Assembly (NCBI GenBank): GCA_905478465.1
Contig: CAJQIN010000017.1
Coordinates: 1-55,025 of the forward strand
DNA: 55,025 nt
From: Minisyncoccota bacterium
Lineage (GTDB): Bacteria > Patescibacteriota > Minisyncoccia > Phycocordibacterales > CAJQIN01
Direction of reading: 5' to 3'
Below the pieces are notes generated by a model. That model saw nothing but the letters and a program-made list of their open reading frames with translations, made no database searches and was not told the origin of the DNA. This document shows positions 19,566 to 28,358 of the stretch, in pieces (the stretch's first letter is position 1; each line of letters starts with the position of its first letter). Position numbers and translations under genes: made by a program.

Positions 19566-20039
19566 ATGCGAAGTAAACTTATAAAACTACTAAGATGTCT
19601 TGAAGAAGAAAGTGGTTTTTATAATAAGTATGCGGATAGTTTTGGAGAACCACAATGTGATTACGAAGTTAAAGAGTATATAGATTTTCCCAATTATAGA
19701 TTAGTTGTAAGGCGATATAATGAAAAATATCCATTACCAAAACATAATGGTTTACAACCAATAACTCTAGATAATGGTATTAAAGCAGAATTAAAAAGAA
19801 TGGAAATGGACGGACTTATAATGATAGGAAATCAGAGAGCTACCAAATATGCTTATGCAAATAATAATCGTGGTCCAGATTATGATGACGGAACATCTTT
19901 TACTACAGAAAGTATAGTCCTCACAACAAAAGGAAAAAGCGGATGGAGATATTTTATACATAAAGCAACCGAAAATCCTGTAACAACAACGATGTCTATT
20001 ATTGCTATTGTTATATCACTAATCTCACTACTCCTATGA
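19566..20039 (+). CDS. hypothetical protein with C-terminal transmembrane anchor
   Basis: 157 aa, LTTKG followed by hydrophobic tail; ATGA overlap with the recombinase. Confidence 0.7.
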   Translation: MRSKLIKLLRCLEEESGFYNKYADSFGEPQCDYEVKEYIDFPNYRLVVRRYNEKYPLPKHNGLQPITLDNGIKAELKRMEMDGLIMIGNQRATKYAYANNNRGPDYDDGTSFTTESIVLTTKGKSGWRYFIHKATENPVTTTMSIIAIVISLISLLL

Positions 20040-21586
20040 AAACAATAATCCTAGCTAGAGTTTCAACAGAAGACCAAGATTCAAATTCTGCTCAAGTTAC
20101 AAGGCTGAAGGATTTTGCAACAAGTAAAGGTTTTGCAGATAAACCAAAGATTTATGAAATTGAGGAATCATCGTCTAAGGCTAATAGGGAAAAATTACAA
20201 GAAGTAATTGAGTATATTAAAAAATCAAAAGAAAAAGTATCTTTGTTTGTTGATACTATTGACCGACTTCAAAGAAGTTTCAGAGAATCAGTTGTTTTCG
20301 ATGATTTAAGAAAAGCAGGAAAGGTTGAAATATTTTTCTTTCGAGAAAACCTACATTTACACCAAAAATCAAACAGTGCCGATTTAATTCGTTGGGATAT
20401 GGGTGTAATGTTCGCAAGAAGTTATGTTCTTCAGCTTAGTGATAATGTTAAAAGAAGGTTTGAACAAATGAGAAGAGAAGGGCATTATTTTGGTCCGCTA
20501 CCTTTAGGTTATCTAGGCGTTGCAGAAGATGAAAAGAAAAGATTAAGAGGAGAAATTTTGATTGACCCAATAAGAGGTCATCTTATACAAAAGATGTTCG
20601 AGCTTTATGCTACTGGAAATTACTCAATTACAACACTGAGAAATGAGATGATAAAACTTGGTCTTAGAACTCATAAAGACAAGCTTCCTGTAAGAAGTAT
20701 TATAGATGGAACTCTTAAAAATACCTTGTATTTTGGACTAGCACAGTCCGAACAGTATGGTCCTTATGAGGTCGAAAACGTGCCTAGATTGATTTCTAAA
20801 GACCTGTTTGATAGATGTATGGAAATACGCTTAAAACGCAAGAAAACTCCATCAAAAGCGAATTTAAAGAAAGAATATATCTTAGGAGATGGTCTTTTGA
20901 AATGTAAAAAATGTGGATGTTCTATATCTTTTGAAACTAAAACAAAACCAAGTGGAAAAGTTTATATTATAGGTGCCTGCACAAACGCAAAGGGAATGTG
21001 TAAGAAGGAATATGTAAATGAAAATGATTTTCTAAAACCAATTTATAAAGTTCTAGATAAATTTGAAACCATTACTGAAGATGTTCAAAATGATTTACTT
21101 GCTGAAATTAGAAAGCATTCAGATTCAGAAATTGAATTCCATCAAATTCAGATAAATAGAATTAGAAAACAATATCAAGATATTAAAGATAAAGATGATA
21201 GATTATTAGATGCTTTTCTGGACCAGAGTATTACTAAGGATATATATGACAAAAAACACCAAGAGTATGCCGATAAGCTACAGCTCTTAAATATTGAACT
21301 TGAAGAACATACAGATGCCAACTCAGAATACCAAACAACCCTTGTAACAGTGCTTTCTGTGGCAAAAAGAGCCAGAAGTATATTCGATGGTTGTTCTGAA
21401 CCAATGCAAAAAAGAGCATTTTTGAAATTCATACTTCAGAACCCAGTTGTAAATGGAAAAAAGCTAGAGTTTTCAATGGTTTCTCCATACAATTTGGTAC
21501 TTGAACTAGCTGATAGTCCTGATTTGCTCCCCCGGCAGGGCTCGAACCTGCGACAAATCGATTACATTGATCCTAAAATTACTTAA
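20036..21586 (+). CDS. large serine recombinase (integrase)
   Basis: ARVS catalytic motif (S10), DRLQR, PLGY, recombinase domain, CKKCG...C...C Zn ribbon, coiled coil; last 18 aa are antisense tRNA/intron. Confidence 0.93.
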   Translation: MKTIILARVSTEDQDSNSAQVTRLKDFATSKGFADKPKIYEIEESSSKANREKLQEVIEYIKKSKEKVSLFVDTIDRLQRSFRESVVFDDLRKAGKVEIFFFRENLHLHQKSNSADLIRWDMGVMFARSYVLQLSDNVKRRFEQMRREGHYFGPLPLGYLGVAEDEKKRLRGEILIDPIRGHLIQKMFELYATGNYSITTLRNEMIKLGLRTHKDKLPVRSIIDGTLKNTLYFGLAQSEQYGPYEVENVPRLISKDLFDRCMEIRLKRKKTPSKANLKKEYILGDGLLKCKKCGCSISFETKTKPSGKVYIIGACTNAKGMCKKEYVNENDFLKPIYKVLDKFETITEDVQNDLLAEIRKHSDSEIEFHQIQINRIRKQYQDIKDKDDRLLDAFLDQSITKDIYDKKHQEYADKLQLLNIELEEHTDANSEYQTTLVTVLSVAKRARSIFDGCSEPMQKRAFLKFILQNPVVNGKKLEFSMVSPYNLVLELADSPDLLPRQGSNLRQIDYIDPKIT

Positions 21587-21949
21587 AGGCATGGACTATA
21601 TCATTACCCGTCCATTATAAAATGGGTGTGGGTACAAGGCGCTTCGACCTAATGTATCTAATTAGGCCTACTCCCGTTAGGGATAGTCTCTGAACCTTCA
21701 GCATCTTTTTTAAAAAGATGAAGCTTGGCTGCTGATTACCCGCGATTGAACGCTAGGGCTTCCAGCAATTCACCTCGTTTTTCGACCTGACTTTCGTACA
21801 GGAAGCTGCGTAATACCTTTGTGAAGTTTTGTATATTCAGCACGATCGGTATATGTTCTTGTTTGTACGTATGGCATATATAAATATACGATACATGGAA
21901 GTTAGAACTTCTTCACAGTCGATTGCTCTACCAGCTGAGCTACAGGGGA
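21527..21949 (-). tRNA. tRNA-Asn(GTT), intron-containing (exons 21949-21915 and 21564-21527)
   Basis: Joined exons TCCCCTGTAGCTCAGCTGGTAGAGCAATCGACTGT|TAATCGATTTGTCGCAGGTTCGAGCCCTGCCGGGGGAG fold into a full cloverleaf with anticodon GTT. Confidence 0.93.
21565..21914 (-). ncRNA. group I self-splicing intron, 350 nt, at tRNA position 35/36
   Basis: P GAATTGCTGGAA (21771-21760), Q AATCAGCAGCC, R GTTCAGAGACTA, S AATGATATAGTCC; exon U before the 5' splice site; terminal G. Confidence 0.92.
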
Positions 21950-22088
21950 ATGTTGAGAATTTAAACTAAAATCTAAAAAAATGGCTACTTTTTTGGGTTT
22001 TAACACAAATTCTATTTTTCAATGTTCTGTTCGTGTCGAATGACTCGAACAGCCATATAGTAGCAAAAAAACTTGCTATACTGCAAGC

Positions 22089-22313
22089 ATGTATATTAAA
22101 GTCAGAGTTGTAACAAAATCCAAAGAGGAAGTGTTTAAAAAAGTAGGGGATAATCGTTTTGAAGCATGGGTCAAAGAAAAGGCTGAAAGAAATATGGCAA
22201 ATAGGCGAACGTGTGAATTAGTGGCCATATATTTTGATATAACAACTCCTGAAGTAAGGATAATATCAGGGCATCGCCACCCTTCAAAACTTCTTGCTGT
22301 GCCAGACAAATAA
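22089..22313 (+). CDS. DUF167/YggU family protein
   Basis: IKVRV...VKEKAERNMAN...IISGHRHPSK. Confidence 0.85.
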   Translation: MYIKVRVVTKSKEEVFKKVGDNRFEAWVKEKAERNMANRRTCELVAIYFDITTPEVRIISGHRHPSKLLAVPDK

Positions 22314-22332
22314 TTTGTTATAATATATACAT

Positions 22333-22704
22333 ATGAAAATAAATATAAAAGCAACAAACATAGAGCTTACGAAATCTATTCGTGAATACCTAGAAAAAAA
22401 ACTTTCTTTGGTGGATTTAAAGCTTATTAGTCCAGAAGATACGAGTGCTATATGTGATGTTGAGGTAGAAAAGACAACAAACCATCATAAAAAAGGGGAA
22501 GATATCTTTAGGGCAGAATTTAATCTTCATGTGGGTAATATTTTTATCCGTTCCGAATCAAGTCAGAATAATTTATATGCTGCTATTGATGATGCAAAAG
22601 ATGAACTATTCCAATCTCTTAGATCAAAGAAAAATAAAAAACAAGATACTGGTAGAAAGAAAATGTCTAAAATAAAGAGATTATTAAGAGGTCTAAAGTG
22701 GTAA
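22333..22704 (+). CDS. raiA: ribosome hibernation promoting factor (HPF/RaiA)
   Basis: INIKATNIELT..IREYLEKKL; NLYAAID. Confidence 0.9.
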   Translation: MKINIKATNIELTKSIREYLEKKLSLVDLKLISPEDTSAICDVEVEKTTNHHKKGEDIFRAEFNLHVGNIFIRSESSQNNLYAAIDDAKDELFQSLRSKKNKKQDTGRKKMSKIKRLLRGLKW

Positions 22705-22707
22705 GAT

Positions 22708-22869
22708 ATGACACGTCGAGGGTTTGAGATCAACTGGTCATATGTATTCTCAGTACTTTTTATATTTTGGTTAGTTGCCGTGACGGGTATGATGTATCTA
22801 CTTTCTCAGGCTGAATTATTTTCTCAAGACTTAGTAAATAAGTCTGCAGCACAACAACTTTTGTATTAA
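22708..22869 (+). CDS. small single-TM protein (53 aa), absent from the ORF track
   Basis: ATG 3 nt after the hpf stop; MTRRGFEINWSYVFSVLFIFWLVAVTGMMYLLSQ...LLY*. Confidence 0.5.
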   Translation: MTRRGFEINWSYVFSVLFIFWLVAVTGMMYLLSQAELFSQDLVNKSAAQQLLY

Positions 22870-22910
22870 AGGTGCGGATTAAAAAATAACCTCCAGTTTA
22901 AAATTGGAGA

Positions 22911-23750
22911 TTATTTAGTATTTCCCTTGAGAAAGTCTTGGTAATTCATTTCGGATCTTCCTTCGGGTAGAACTCTCGTAATATGAAGGATGTCATCTTG
23001 TACGTATGCATCTTTAATGATAACTCTTATTGGTGTGCCATGACGTTGCGCAAAAAAGTATGCTTTAGGCCATTCAGAATAGGCTTTTATCTTCCGAAGA
23101 TTTGTATCAGCATCATCTTGTAGATTAATATGCCCATCTTCTTTTGTGATCTTTTTAGTATAAGTTGCTTTGGTATGATCTTGCGGTGTTTCTTGCAAAC
23201 TTCCAGATATCCATTTTGGAATAGTTTCAGCAAGAAGTTTACCTCCTAAGTGTGCAAGATTTTTCTCAAGAGTATTCCCATATAGGGGCCAGTTTTCAGA
23301 GGTATATTTTTCCTGGGCAATAATTGGACCATGATCCATTTTCTCATCAATTCTCATTATTGATACACCTGTTTCATTTTCGAAAAGAATAGCACTTTGA
23401 ACAGGGGATGCTCCACGAAGTTTGGGGAGTAGGGATGGGTGAACATTGATAGTTTTATGTATCGGAAGGTCGAGAATATTTTGAGGAATTATTTTTCCGT
23501 ATGACGACACTATAAATAAGTCCCAAGTATTTTGGGTAAATAGATCTGCAGAAAGTCTCTCTGGTTGAATACATTTTATCTTATGTTCTTGTGCCCACAC
23601 TTTCACAGGTGGCGGGGTTAAGATGAGTTTTCGTCCTTTGGGTCTGTCGGGTGCGGTAACAATAAGGCTAGGTAGTATGTCTACCTTTTTCAGTTCATCA
23701 AGGGTGATTGTTGAGAATGTATCTGTGCCAAAAAAAACAATACTATTCAT
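22911..23750 (-). CDS. fmt: methionyl-tRNA formyltransferase
   Basis: VFFGT, PDRPKGR, INVHPSLLPKLRGASPV, MDHGPI. Confidence 0.95.
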   Translation of the reverse strand: MNSIVFFGTDTFSTITLDELKKVDILPSLIVTAPDRPKGRKLILTPPPVKVWAQEHKIKCIQPERLSADLFTQNTWDLFIVSSYGKIIPQNILDLPIHKTINVHPSLLPKLRGASPVQSAILFENETGVSIMRIDEKMDHGPIIAQEKYTSENWPLYGNTLEKNLAHLGGKLLAETIPKWISGSLQETPQDHTKATYTKKITKEDGHINLQDDADTNLRKIKAYSEWPKAYFFAQRHGTPIRVIIKDAYVQDDILHITRVLPEGRSEMNYQDFLKGNTK

Positions 23751-23755
23751 ATTAT

Positions 23756-24262
23756 TTAGTTGTTGTCGTAAAGGTTACGTGCTTTGTCGATAAATAAAAT
23801 ACCATCGAGATGATCTGATTCATGTTGAAATATTTGAGCTAAGAGTCCAGAACCTCCTCGAGAGACTTTCTCGCCTTTTTCATTTAAAGCTTCGATTTTT
23901 ACTTTTTCAGAACGTTCTACTTCTCCATATATACCACGTATAGAAAGACACCCTTCCTCAAGCCATTGTTTGTCTTTTGAGGTACTGGTAATTACAGGAT
24001 TAATAAAAATACTATCTGGATAAACACCTTCTTCGGTGTCATGTATAAGGTCGAATGCCGTTCCAGAAATAATAAAGATACGCATAAGCGTACCTATTTG
24101 TACTGCAGAAATAGCAACACCATCTTCTTGTGAGTGGAGGGCTTTTTGCATATCCTGGATAACTTTTTGGACAGTCGGAGAAGTAATATCTTCTGGAGGT
24201 ACTTTTTTTGAGATACTCCTTAATATTTTTTCATTATCTTTTAGTTGTAATATTTTTATCAT
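23756..24262 (-). CDS. def: peptide deformylase
   Basis: GVAISAVQIG, EGCLS, QHESDHLDG. Confidence 0.95.
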   Translation of the reverse strand: MIKILQLKDNEKILRSISKKVPPEDITSPTVQKVIQDMQKALHSQEDGVAISAVQIGTLMRIFIISGTAFDLIHDTEEGVYPDSIFINPVITSTSKDKQWLEEGCLSIRGIYGEVERSEKVKIEALNEKGEKVSRGGSGLLAQIFQHESDHLDGILFIDKARNLYDNN

Positions 24263-24313
24263 AGATGCATATAAACTAACATTTTTTCCTTGTTGAGCAA
24301 GAGGGTGTGAACA

Positions 24314-26170
24314 TTAGAGTATGTCAACTGGATCAATCTCTACGGTATGGGTTGAAGGAAGATGTTTGAGTATTTCTAAGGTTTTTTTGCTAGGCCACTC
24401 GTCACTTGGAATTCTGATAAGAACATTATGGATGTGAATATTTCTGATGCGAGCATTTCTTGCAGGATAGATATCAACTAAATATTTTTTAAATAAAGAT
24501 GCTGTTGTATTGCATTCTTCTTGTATGTGTTCAGTACTATTCTGGACTGTTATTTTTATTAATGTAAAAAATGGCGGAAGATTAAAGTTTTTTCGCTCAG
24601 AAATAGTTTGGTCGTAGAAGTCTTGGGTATTGCCATTTTTTGCATAAGTAAATATTTTGTCATTAGGGTTTCTAGTTTGGATAACTATTCTTTCAGATGT
24701 GTGTGTGCGGAGAGTGATTAGAGTGCGAAGAATTTTTTCTTGTATTTTAAAATCAGGAATAGCAAAAAGCGAATCCATGGAAACAACAATACTGTAGTTC
24801 ACGGGGTCCGTGAGATACTGTAATGCAAATTCTGTTCCAAGAAGAATGCCAGAGGGACTTTCATAAAATTGATTTATTATTTTCTGAGCTTGTCTATGTG
24901 TTTTGGTGGTATTTTTGTCTAGTTTATATATATGTGCTTTTGGTAGTAGTTCTCGCAATTCATTTTCAATAGTATCTATACCAATGCCTAATGGGCGAAG
25001 ACGCCAGCTTCCACAGTGCAGACAGAGTTCATCTGCGGGACGTTTTTCTCGTGTATGTGGTGAGTAAAAATAATTTCCTTTTTCAGATTCATAAAGGACC
25101 ATTGGTGTATCGCTGTCTGTTGCCATGACGATTTCTCCACAGTCTTGGCAGACTGTTAGAGGTGCTAAACCTTTGCGGGTCGCAAGAATACAAATGTGGC
25201 TATTTTTAAACTCGTTTTCTAAAAGGTTTGTTGTTTTATCATGAAATATAAAAGATTTTTTTTCTTTGGTCATATCCATAATATTTGTTTGGGCCGATGA
25301 TAGAAAGTGCTCTAAAACACTATCGTTCATGTGAGGATTTAAGGTGTGTTCCCAGAGAGTCTCTGTTTGTAGGAGAGTGTCTCCGACAGTAAGAGGACAA
25401 GATATTGTTTCTGCTAGAGATCTTATAAAGAAACGCAGGTCTACTGAACCTCTGCCGATTGTTCTGTATCCTTCAGAGCTTTCATGTTCAAGGATAATGT
25501 GTCCAATATCTGTTCTAGGTATGGATGTGTACATAGCTGTGCTAATGATGAGTACTGGATGTTCGTTTATTTTTGCTTCATACCATCTTTTTTGTAATTG
25601 TTTTGGTGTGATGGAGCTATGTAGAATATAGGTATATTTTTCTATACCTGTTTTTATAGAAGAATATATTTTTTCTGCATCTTGTATGCTAGGCACACAA
25701 AGAAAAACAGATTCTTTTTTGCCAAAATGTTCGCGGACAATACTAGCGTACATCTCATAACGTTCTTGTTGTTTTTGTTGAATAGATATGATGCAAAATT
25801 TATTAGATGCAGACTTTTTTTCAATGAAAGGAGTCGTTTCTTCAAGTAGATGTGTAGGTGTAAGGGAATAAAGAAGAGAGCCTTCTGTACGAGCGAAATA
25901 ATTAGCCGTTTTAGCTATGGCCTTCAAGAATGAATTAGTAAATGGCAGATCTTTCCAGATGATTTCAGCTTTACGTATCTGGAAATTTGAGGAACGAATA
26001 ATAGATTTGGCATCAGTAACTTTTCGGACACCCACAATGAGAGCAGGAATTGTTTTTTTGCGTAGTGGGACTGTAGCAATTTGTCCAACAAAAACAGTGT
26101 CACTGCAGTAATATGAGAGTGTTTCGGGTATAGATTGTTTTGAGATAGGTACGACATCAATAATGTTCAT
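24314..26170 (-). CDS. priA: primosomal protein N'-like, degenerate helicase
   Basis: N-terminal LSYY..VPL, RKGLA..CQDCG, CLHCGS..GIG, IQTRNP, ERKNFNLPPF; next to def-fmt. Confidence 0.8.
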   Translation of the reverse strand: MNIIDVVPISKQSIPETLSYYCSDTVFVGQIATVPLRKKTIPALIVGVRKVTDAKSIIRSSNFQIRKAEIIWKDLPFTNSFLKAIAKTANYFARTEGSLLYSLTPTHLLEETTPFIEKKSASNKFCIISIQQKQQERYEMYASIVREHFGKKESVFLCVPSIQDAEKIYSSIKTGIEKYTYILHSSITPKQLQKRWYEAKINEHPVLIISTAMYTSIPRTDIGHIILEHESSEGYRTIGRGSVDLRFFIRSLAETISCPLTVGDTLLQTETLWEHTLNPHMNDSVLEHFLSSAQTNIMDMTKEKKSFIFHDKTTNLLENEFKNSHICILATRKGLAPLTVCQDCGEIVMATDSDTPMVLYESEKGNYFYSPHTREKRPADELCLHCGSWRLRPLGIGIDTIENELRELLPKAHIYKLDKNTTKTHRQAQKIINQFYESPSGILLGTEFALQYLTDPVNYSIVVSMDSLFAIPDFKIQEKILRTLITLRTHTSERIVIQTRNPNDKIFTYAKNGNTQDFYDQTISERKNFNLPPFFTLIKITVQNSTEHIQEECNTTASLFKKYLVDIYPARNARIRNIHIHNVLIRIPSDEWPSKKTLEILKHLPSTHTVEIDPVDIL

Positions 26171-26190
26171 ATCGTGTAGTATATGTTTTT

Positions 26191-26949
26191 TTAGAGTTCA
26201 AGACGAATGATGGTACCACCGTCTCCTATATATAGGACGTTTTCTTCTGAGTAGAATGTCAGGTCTTTTCCTGTGTACATGGTGTGTGATATTCGTCCTC
26301 CTTGGGGTGAAAGTTCTGTAATAATTATGTTAATGGGGGTGCTGTATATCAGGGCATGTGAGTTGTGTCCGTACTCAGCTACTGCGGTAAAAGGAATTTT
26401 TTCTTGAATAGTAGTGTTGCACAAAATATCTGTTTGTTCAGGTGCACATCCTATAGTTAGTATATTTTCTTCTATGGAAATAGTAAATCCATCTTCTGTT
26501 GTGTATGTTTTTTTAACAAGATTATTTCTGCCAAAGAGTCTTTGGTGTATTGCGGGATATTGGGTGTCAGAAGGGGTGATGGTGGTAGTAGAAATATGTT
26601 GATTTACTATAAAAGGATAAAGTGTTTTTCTCTCTCCTGACATGAGATTTATGTGTTTTGCCCAGGGCCAATATCCATTTTTTAGAACCGTCACTAGCAT
26701 ATTTCCAGGGGTGACGTCTGGAATAGAAAGATGTTCACTTGAAGCAATGGTTGTATGAATTGGATTTTCGTTTACAAATACCCAGGTTGTTGGTTCTGAA
26801 AGATTAAGTTCTAAGGATCCAGTTTTTGTAAGAGAAAAGTTGTTAATTCGATATCCAGCATTGTAAGAAAAGGTAATTCCAATAGCAATAAGAATAAACA
26901 GTATAAAGATGGCTATTTGTGTAGAGAACGATTTATTGAGTTTTGTCAT
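26191..26949 (-). CDS. membrane-anchored PEGA-like domain protein
   Basis: TM, then GYR...KTGSL...PG....V.KNGYWPW.K. Confidence 0.7.
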   Translation of the reverse strand: MTKLNKSFSTQIAIFILFILIAIGITFSYNAGYRINNFSLTKTGSLELNLSEPTTWVFVNENPIHTTIASSEHLSIPDVTPGNMLVTVLKNGYWPWAKHINLMSGERKTLYPFIVNQHISTTTITPSDTQYPAIHQRLFGRNNLVKKTYTTEDGFTISIEENILTIGCAPEQTDILCNTTIQEKIPFTAVAEYGHNSHALIYSTPINIIITELSPQGGRISHTMYTGKDLTFYSEENVLYIGDGGTIIRLEL

Positions 26950-27066
26950 ATGTGCAGCAAGTATAACATAGGTCTAGAATTGGTCATTTGAGTTAAAATT
27001 TGAACTTCATTGGTTTATAAAACTTAATATTCATGAATTCGATTATTTCTGCTATTATAAGAAATT

Positions 27067-28356
27067 ATGAAAGAGTCATTTGTTGTTGAGGGATTAGGAG
27101 GAAAGCGAACACTCGTTGGAGAAATTCCTGTTCGAGGTTCAAAAAATGCTGTTTTGCCTGCCATGGCATCTTCTATTATTTTTAATGCACCTTTACGTCT
27201 TACTAACGTTCCTGATATAGAAGATGTGTATCGTATGTCGGAACTTTTGGAACATTTGGGAGCTAAAACAGAAAAAGTAAAAAAAAGAGAATATGTGATT
27301 AATGGGCATGATATTAAAGATTCTGTGATGGATGAGGTGTTGTCAAAAAAAATGCGAGCATCTATTATTCTTTCGGGCCCACTTCTTGCTAGATTTAAAA
27401 AGGTAACCTTTCCACATCCTGGAGGTTGTGTTATCGGTGCTCGTCCAATCGATCTTTTCTTATCTGGATTTGAAAAAATGGGAGCAACTGTGGACGAGAA
27501 AAAAGAAAGTTTTGTAATTAGTGCTCCAAAGGGTTTACGGGGGGCAAACATTTTTTTTGCTATTCCTAGTGTGACAGCAAGTGAGACATTTATCATGGCG
27601 GGAGTTTTAGCAAAAGGTACAACTTTTTTGAAGAATGTTGCCTTAGAGCCAGAAATAACTGCACTTGCAGAATTTTTAGTTTCTTGTGGTGCCAAGATAA
27701 AGGGTATTGGAACTCCTGTGTTGGAGATTACAGGAACAAATGGAAAGCTTTTAACACCTAAAATATACAAAACAATCCCAGATCGTCTTGAGACAGGTTC
27801 GTTTCTTATTCTGGCAGCTCTTGCTGGAAAAGATGTCACAATTACACATTGTCATCCGGAGCATATTGAAGCCCTTACAGACTTACTCATTTCAAGCGGT
27901 GTGTCTATTGAGATTGCAAAGAGTAGTATTCGTGTAAAACATACTGAAAAGAGTAAACTTAAGGCATTTAATATAAAAACGCATGAATATCCAGGTTTTC
28001 CAACAGATGTACAGGCACCAACTGTAGTATATCTAACGCAAGTAAAAGGGGAGTCTTTTGTTTTTGAAACCATTTTTGAAGGGCGGCTGCAGTTCACACA
28101 AGATTTGGTGAAGATGGGTGCAGATATTAAACTTTGGGATGCTCATCGAGCAACTATTCAGGGTCCGACACCGCTCAAAGGACGAGAAGTTGAGGGTCCT
28201 GATATTCGAGCTGGATTAGCTCTTCTTGTAGCAGCCATTATTGCAAAAGGAACTTCAACTATAAATAGCATTTACTATATCGATCGTGGGTATGAGAGAA
28301 TAGAAGAAAGATTTTCTGCACTTGGTGTTGATATAAAGCGTGTTTCAGGAGAATAA
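27067..28356 (+). CDS. murA: UDP-N-acetylglucosamine 1-carboxyvinyltransferase
   Basis: GSKNAVLP, MRAS, PGGCVIGARP, YPGFPTD, IDRGYE. Confidence 0.97.
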   Translation: MKESFVVEGLGGKRTLVGEIPVRGSKNAVLPAMASSIIFNAPLRLTNVPDIEDVYRMSELLEHLGAKTEKVKKREYVINGHDIKDSVMDEVLSKKMRASIILSGPLLARFKKVTFPHPGGCVIGARPIDLFLSGFEKMGATVDEKKESFVISAPKGLRGANIFFAIPSVTASETFIMAGVLAKGTTFLKNVALEPEITALAEFLVSCGAKIKGIGTPVLEITGTNGKLLTPKIYKTIPDRLETGSFLILAALAGKDVTITHCHPEHIEALTDLLISSGVSIEIAKSSIRVKHTEKSKLKAFNIKTHEYPGFPTDVQAPTVVYLTQVKGESFVFETIFEGRLQFTQDLVKMGADIKLWDAHRATIQGPTPLKGREVEGPDIRAGLALLVAAIIAKGTSTINSIYYIDRGYERIEERFSALGVDIKRVSGE

Positions 28357-28358
28357 AT

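Larger units (their letters stand above)
12880..21530. mobile_element. serine-recombinase integrative element (~8.65 kb) in the 3' end of tRNA-Asn
   Basis: GCTCC core at 12880-12884 and 21526-21530; recombinase, Xis-like HTH, Bro-N and Rep inside; reconstituted attP has GTCCTG-N6-TC-N6-CAGGAC symmetry. Confidence 0.85.

Noticed and set aside
27024-27839. 271-aa antisense ORF over murA, and similar shadow ORFs over gpmI, aldolase, mreB, SPFH and dnaB
   Set aside because: They are mirror frames of well-supported genes and have no recognisable motifs.
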